Part shown: positions 63,401-64,000 of the stretch, piece after piece
Numbering within the stretch: position 1 is the first letter of the stretch
Layout of the letters: each line of letters begins with the position of its first letter
DNA from: Candidatus Aminicenantes bacterium
Lineage (GTDB): Bacteria > Acidobacteriota > Aminicenantia > UBA2199
Assembly: GCA_011772425.1 (NCBI GenBank)
Contig: WVZO01000485.1
Span: forward strand, 40,514 to 104,513
Length of the DNA: 64,000 bases
Direction: 5' to 3'
Position numbers and translations under genes: made by a program
The notes under the pieces: generated by a model
What the model saw: the letters and a program-made list of their open reading frames with translations, nothing else
Told to the model about the DNA's origin: nothing
Database searches by the model: none

Positions 63401-64000
63401 GAAACCCGTACCCCTGGGGATTGCTGGTGAAATTTATATCGGTGGCGATGGTACCGCCAGGGGCTATTTAAACAACCCGGAATTAACTGCAGAAATGTTT
63501 ATAAAATTCCCATACTCACCCACTCACCCACTTACCCACTCACCTATATACCGAACCGGCGACCTGGCCCGCTGGCTGCCGGAGGGGGATATCGAATTCA
63601 TTGGTCGTATCGATCAACAGGTGAAAATAAGGGGGTTCCGCATCGAGATGGGAGAAATCGAGCACCAGCTATTGAGCCAGCCGGGTATAAAAGAAGCCGT
63701 TGTCACAGTAAAACCTATAGCTGGAGTACAAGATAAACAACTGTGTGCTTATATCATCCCCGAGAGAGAAGTGGAAGTATCTGAATTGAAAGGATATTTG
63801 TCCCGGCAATTACCGGATTATATGATTCCTACCTTTATCGTCCCGGTTAAGAAAATACCGTTAACGCCCAATGGCAAAGTGGACTGGAAGGCGCTCCCTG
63901 CTCCCAAAGTAGCGGCTGGTAGTATATACACGGCGCATAGGGATGAAATAGAAGAGAAACTGGTAGAGATATGGGCAGAGGTGTTATTTGGCAGCGGCAA
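56730..64000 (+). CDS. g10 (3'-truncated) NRPS, C-half / A / T / C / A interrupted by an rSAM+B12-like cassette / start of T
   Basis: Not in the supplied ORF track because it has no stop before the window ends. Hand translation from ATG 56730 (AGAGGGA at 56719-56725) stays open to nt 63998: MDNKKTKFIEEYWLKQLDGEL... T: GGHS at 59178-59189. C: HHIICDGW at 59751-59774. A2 core at 60984-61019, CPYNCAYC at 61299-61322, A3 core LSYSIFTSGSTGKPKG at 62841-62888, A10 NGKVDWKAL at ~63870-63900. Confidence 0.9.
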   Translation, partial: MDNKKTKFIEEYWLKQLDGELLGVSLPLVKGEQYAHEVHPQLEISGEIYTKLKKIARGSDVALFILFLSALNVVIHKYTGAEDLVVGTIPPKDRGLKEEIVLCRNRITGDLTFKEFVTHVKEVVLKAFNHAEYSFKDIYNKLCINKGVESFDIFNIAFIYDKFQDRGRFPLAFDLLIVLSELGDQGVMEVEYNTQLYSGEIVNRFLRHIIAIFDDISGNLEMKITEIEMLTSQERKQVLYEFNDTRVEYPADKALHGLFEEQAKQGPDGIAVVDEERRAESLEQLQITYHELNRKSNQLACLLREKGVKPDTIVGLMVERSVEMVVGVLGILKAGGAYLPIDPDYPEERKRYMLADSNAKVLLAAPAAQVTLEVKEKEEPVEIIDISLDFSSLTSTLTLTSILSKVSSSNLAYILYTSGSTGRPKAVMVEHRSVVRLVKNTNFLDFNEEHRVLQTGALEFDASTLEIWGPLLNGSQLFLVNKNTILFPERLRETMKKYHITTMWMTSPLFNQLEQADIEIFAGLRYLLVGGDVLNPVHINRVREKFSHLHVINGYGPTENTTFSATFLIDKEYRDNIPIGSPISNSTAYIVDHRMYLVPIGIPGELVVGGDGISRGYLNRPDLTAEKFIKSSLNTQHLTLNTRFYRTGDLARWLLDGNIEFLGRIDQQVKIRGFRIELGEIESRLTAHGDVGEAVVRVISTTGVEKIQTPGEKDKRLCAYIVPVNGVSLDIPGLREYLSSELPDYMIPSFFVQLEKIPLTPNGKVDRKALSVPEVEAGEKYTAPRDEIEEKLVELWAEILMLDKTVIGIDDNFFHLGGHSLKATVLMTKIHNQFNVRIELTEIFVNPFIRGLARWIKNAKKEKYISLEPVEERGYYLLSSAQLRLWVICQIEEVSSAYNVPYAYIVSGKLDIEVYRRAVQALVDRHEVLRTVFIRMDGEPMQKIIQNFKYEVEEIDLRHLDAKSREQKTMEIYMTSVNKTFDLENGPLMLFRFVRLEEERYLVVYNFHHIICDGWSVDIIREELFSLYTAFLKNERIPLEPLNYQYKDYSQWQNGSIFRQQIREQEAFWLSEFEEDQIQPLNLPLDYSRPEIQSFEGSTLGFEISAEEATRLRELGDGSGITLFMKLLTIFNIFLSKVTGQEEITIGTAVAGRRHGDLQNIVGMFVNMMALKNAVSEDETFNRFLTKVKKKTLQAYENQDYQIEELIEKVVTNRDTSRNPLFDVVFALQNLEKEEKRIPGLIMEPYWHERTIPKFDLVFVGKELEDTILFSIEYCTKLFKKETIAKFIEYFKKIVSEVLKDPGRKIAEVEIISEDGKHKVLYDFNRTKTQYPGEKNLHQLFEEQVEKRPEKIALVGSTQYAVSSKNKAGEVGQLTYRELNARSNQLARFLKKKGISTDTFVAMMMDRSPEMIVGILGILKAGGAYLPIDPGYPHNRIESMLEDSNSSILLTETGGVEDHHVFTGLQGLESSDVSLQITAPRPQILDFDGLPIPDRTLIDYEKYNRYIGQGMVKHSVNLQATRGCPYNCAYCCRVWPKKNVIRSAENIYAEVKMYYEAGVRRFVFIDDIFNLNIPNSSRFFELVIKNNLKAQFLFPSGLRGDILTKDYIDLMMEAGTISFPLALETACPRLQKFIRKHLDLDKVRENLEYIMAKYPQLILELHTMHGFPTETEEEAMMTLNFIKSLERIHFPYVHILKIHPNTGMEKLALENGVSKEAIAYSRNLAYHELPDTLPFKKSFTKNYQSDFFNNYFLSKNRLLQVLPYQMRTLTEDEIVQKYNSYLPVDIHSIEELLQFLGIERSQLGVESCLDEASIAVPNLNVKLEKYFPKKRSTDGLRVLLLDLSQFFTTKSDMLYDVVEQPLGLLYLMTYINRKYGDRITGKIAKSRIDFDSYGELKALLQEFKPDVIGIRSLTYYREFFHRTIAMIRHWGFDVPIIAGGPYITVEFKSVLKDANINLAVLGEGENTFGEIIGKILENKGKLPGEEVLEKIVGIAYVPGRTGAKAGKAREIFMLDLLQEQLCKESRENLEPVNQSHHLSYSIFTSGSTGKPKGTLTTHYNVSRVVRDTNYIDLTEDDRVLQLSNYAFDGSTFDIYGALLNGGTLVMLKKEEVLSIDILSGLIKRENISVFFVTTAMFNALVDVNIGCLDSVRSVLFGGERVSVNHTRRALEHLGPGKIIHVYGPTETTVYATYYRVDQLDEALGTVPIGKPISNTTIYILDKYMKPVPLGIAGEIYIGGDGTARGYLNNPELTAEMFIKFPYSPTHPLTHSPIYRTGDLARWLPEGDIEFIGRIDQQVKIRGFRIEMGEIEHQLLSQPGIKEAVVTVKPIAGVQDKQLCAYIIPEREVEVSELKGYLSRQLPDYMIPTFIVPVKKIPLTPNGKVDWKALPAPKVAAGSIYTAHRDEIEEKLVEIWAEVLFGSG
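57904..57939 (+). repeat. In-frame tandem hexamer CCT[T/C]AA x 6 in the A2-A3 spacer of g10 A1
   Basis: ccttaa cctcaa ccttaa ccttaa cctcaa tcttaa, which encodes ..SLTSTLTLTSIL... Confidence 0.85.
58624..58658 (+). repeat. Tandem heptamer CACTNAA x 5 in the A6-A7 loop of g10 A1
   Basis: cactgaa cactcaa cacttaa cacttaa cactcgt, which encodes ..SLNTQHLTLNTR.. between EKF and YRTGD. Confidence 0.85.
61185..62750 (+). other. Embedded cassette 3 (g10): radical SAM domain followed by a B12-binding-like domain
   Basis: DFDGLPIPDRTLIDYEKY..LQATRGCPYNCAYC (61299-61322) ..ALETACPRLQKFI... From ~62235: LRVLLLDLSQ..QPLGLLYLMTYI..PDVIGIRSLT..PIIAGGPYITV..NLAVLGEGENTFGEI..IVGIAYVP. Confidence 0.85.
63513..63544 (+). 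repeat. Tandem octamer [T/C]ACT[C/T]ACC x 4 in the A6-A7 loop of g10 A2
   Basis: tactcacc cactcacc cacttacc cactcacc, which encodes ..YSPTHPLTHSP.. between EMF and YRTGD. Confidence 0.85.

Larger units (their letters stand above)
60700..63900 (+). other. g10 interrupted A domain; code DGFFLGVVYK (Ile signature)
   Basis: A2 core at 60984-61019 and A3 core at 62841-62888. FDGSTFD.., ..ISVFFVTTA.., ..VLFGGE.., HVYGPTETTVYAT, NGK. Confidence 0.7.

Noticed and set aside
1-64000. Assigning the locus to heterocystous cyanobacteria because of the STRR-like tandem heptamers
   Set aside because: I noticed no copies of the HIP1 palindrome GCGATCGC while reading; the nearest was GCGATATCGC near 23966. 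Five B12/rSAM units hint at an anaerobic lifestyle. The evidence is too thin for any taxonomic call.
1-64000. The frequent CCCGGG hexamers as a possible repeat or restriction-related signal
   Set aside because: They mostly fall on in-frame Pro-Gly (CCC GGG / CCG GG.) codon pairs in conserved NRPS motifs and linkers, so codon usage explains them.
1-64000. A search for RNA genes, CRISPR arrays, transposases or integrases, MbtH-like genes, and thioesterase or starter domains
   Set aside because: I recognised none in any frame. The window is filled edge to edge by the 11 + strand genes, so the start and end of the cluster must lie outside it.

Overview
The whole 64-kb window is one co-directional (+ strand), tightly packed hybrid NRPS/PKS assembly-line locus. 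It is open at both ends: no loading module and no thioesterase or reductase release domain lies inside the window. I read 11 genes (g0-g10): a 3' fragment of an NRPS gene, six NRPS genes, one PKS gene, one PKS/NRPS hybrid, and two stand-alone B12-binding-domain/radical-SAM (rSAM) genes. Together they hold 12 adenylation (A) domains, 2 KS-AT-KR-carrier modules, 2 epimerase-like domains (one decayed) and five rSAM catalytic units. g10 (56730 to beyond 64000) is missing from the supplied ORF track because it has no stop in the window; I translated it by hand. Four points stand out. (1) Three paralogous ~525-aa rSAM + B12-like cassettes are spliced in frame into A domains between core motifs A2 and A3. 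Two hosts are intact A domains with an Ile-type specificity code. The third host is a decayed A-domain shell lying between a T-less A domain and the next T domain. (2) Inside the cassettes the order is rSAM then B12-like domain, the reverse of the two stand-alone enzymes in the same locus. (3) Every subunit that ends in a C domain, and both free rSAM proteins, end in an acidic tail with a terminal [D/E/G]-F-x-[F/I/L] motif. Every synthetase that follows starts with a non-catalytic C-like domain: the C-terminal half only in four cases, and a full-length domain with HQxxxD in one. (4) One free rSAM enzyme carries two N-terminal CDGSH-type Fe-S motifs. I saw no rRNA, tRNA, CRISPR, transposase or integrase. 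Minus-strand and alternate-frame ORFs in the track look like shadow ORFs. The source organism cannot be named from this sequence; Shine-Dalgarno sites are clear and composition differs strongly between genes. All domain calls come from motif reading by eye, domain boundaries are approximate, and no HMM or database search could be run.
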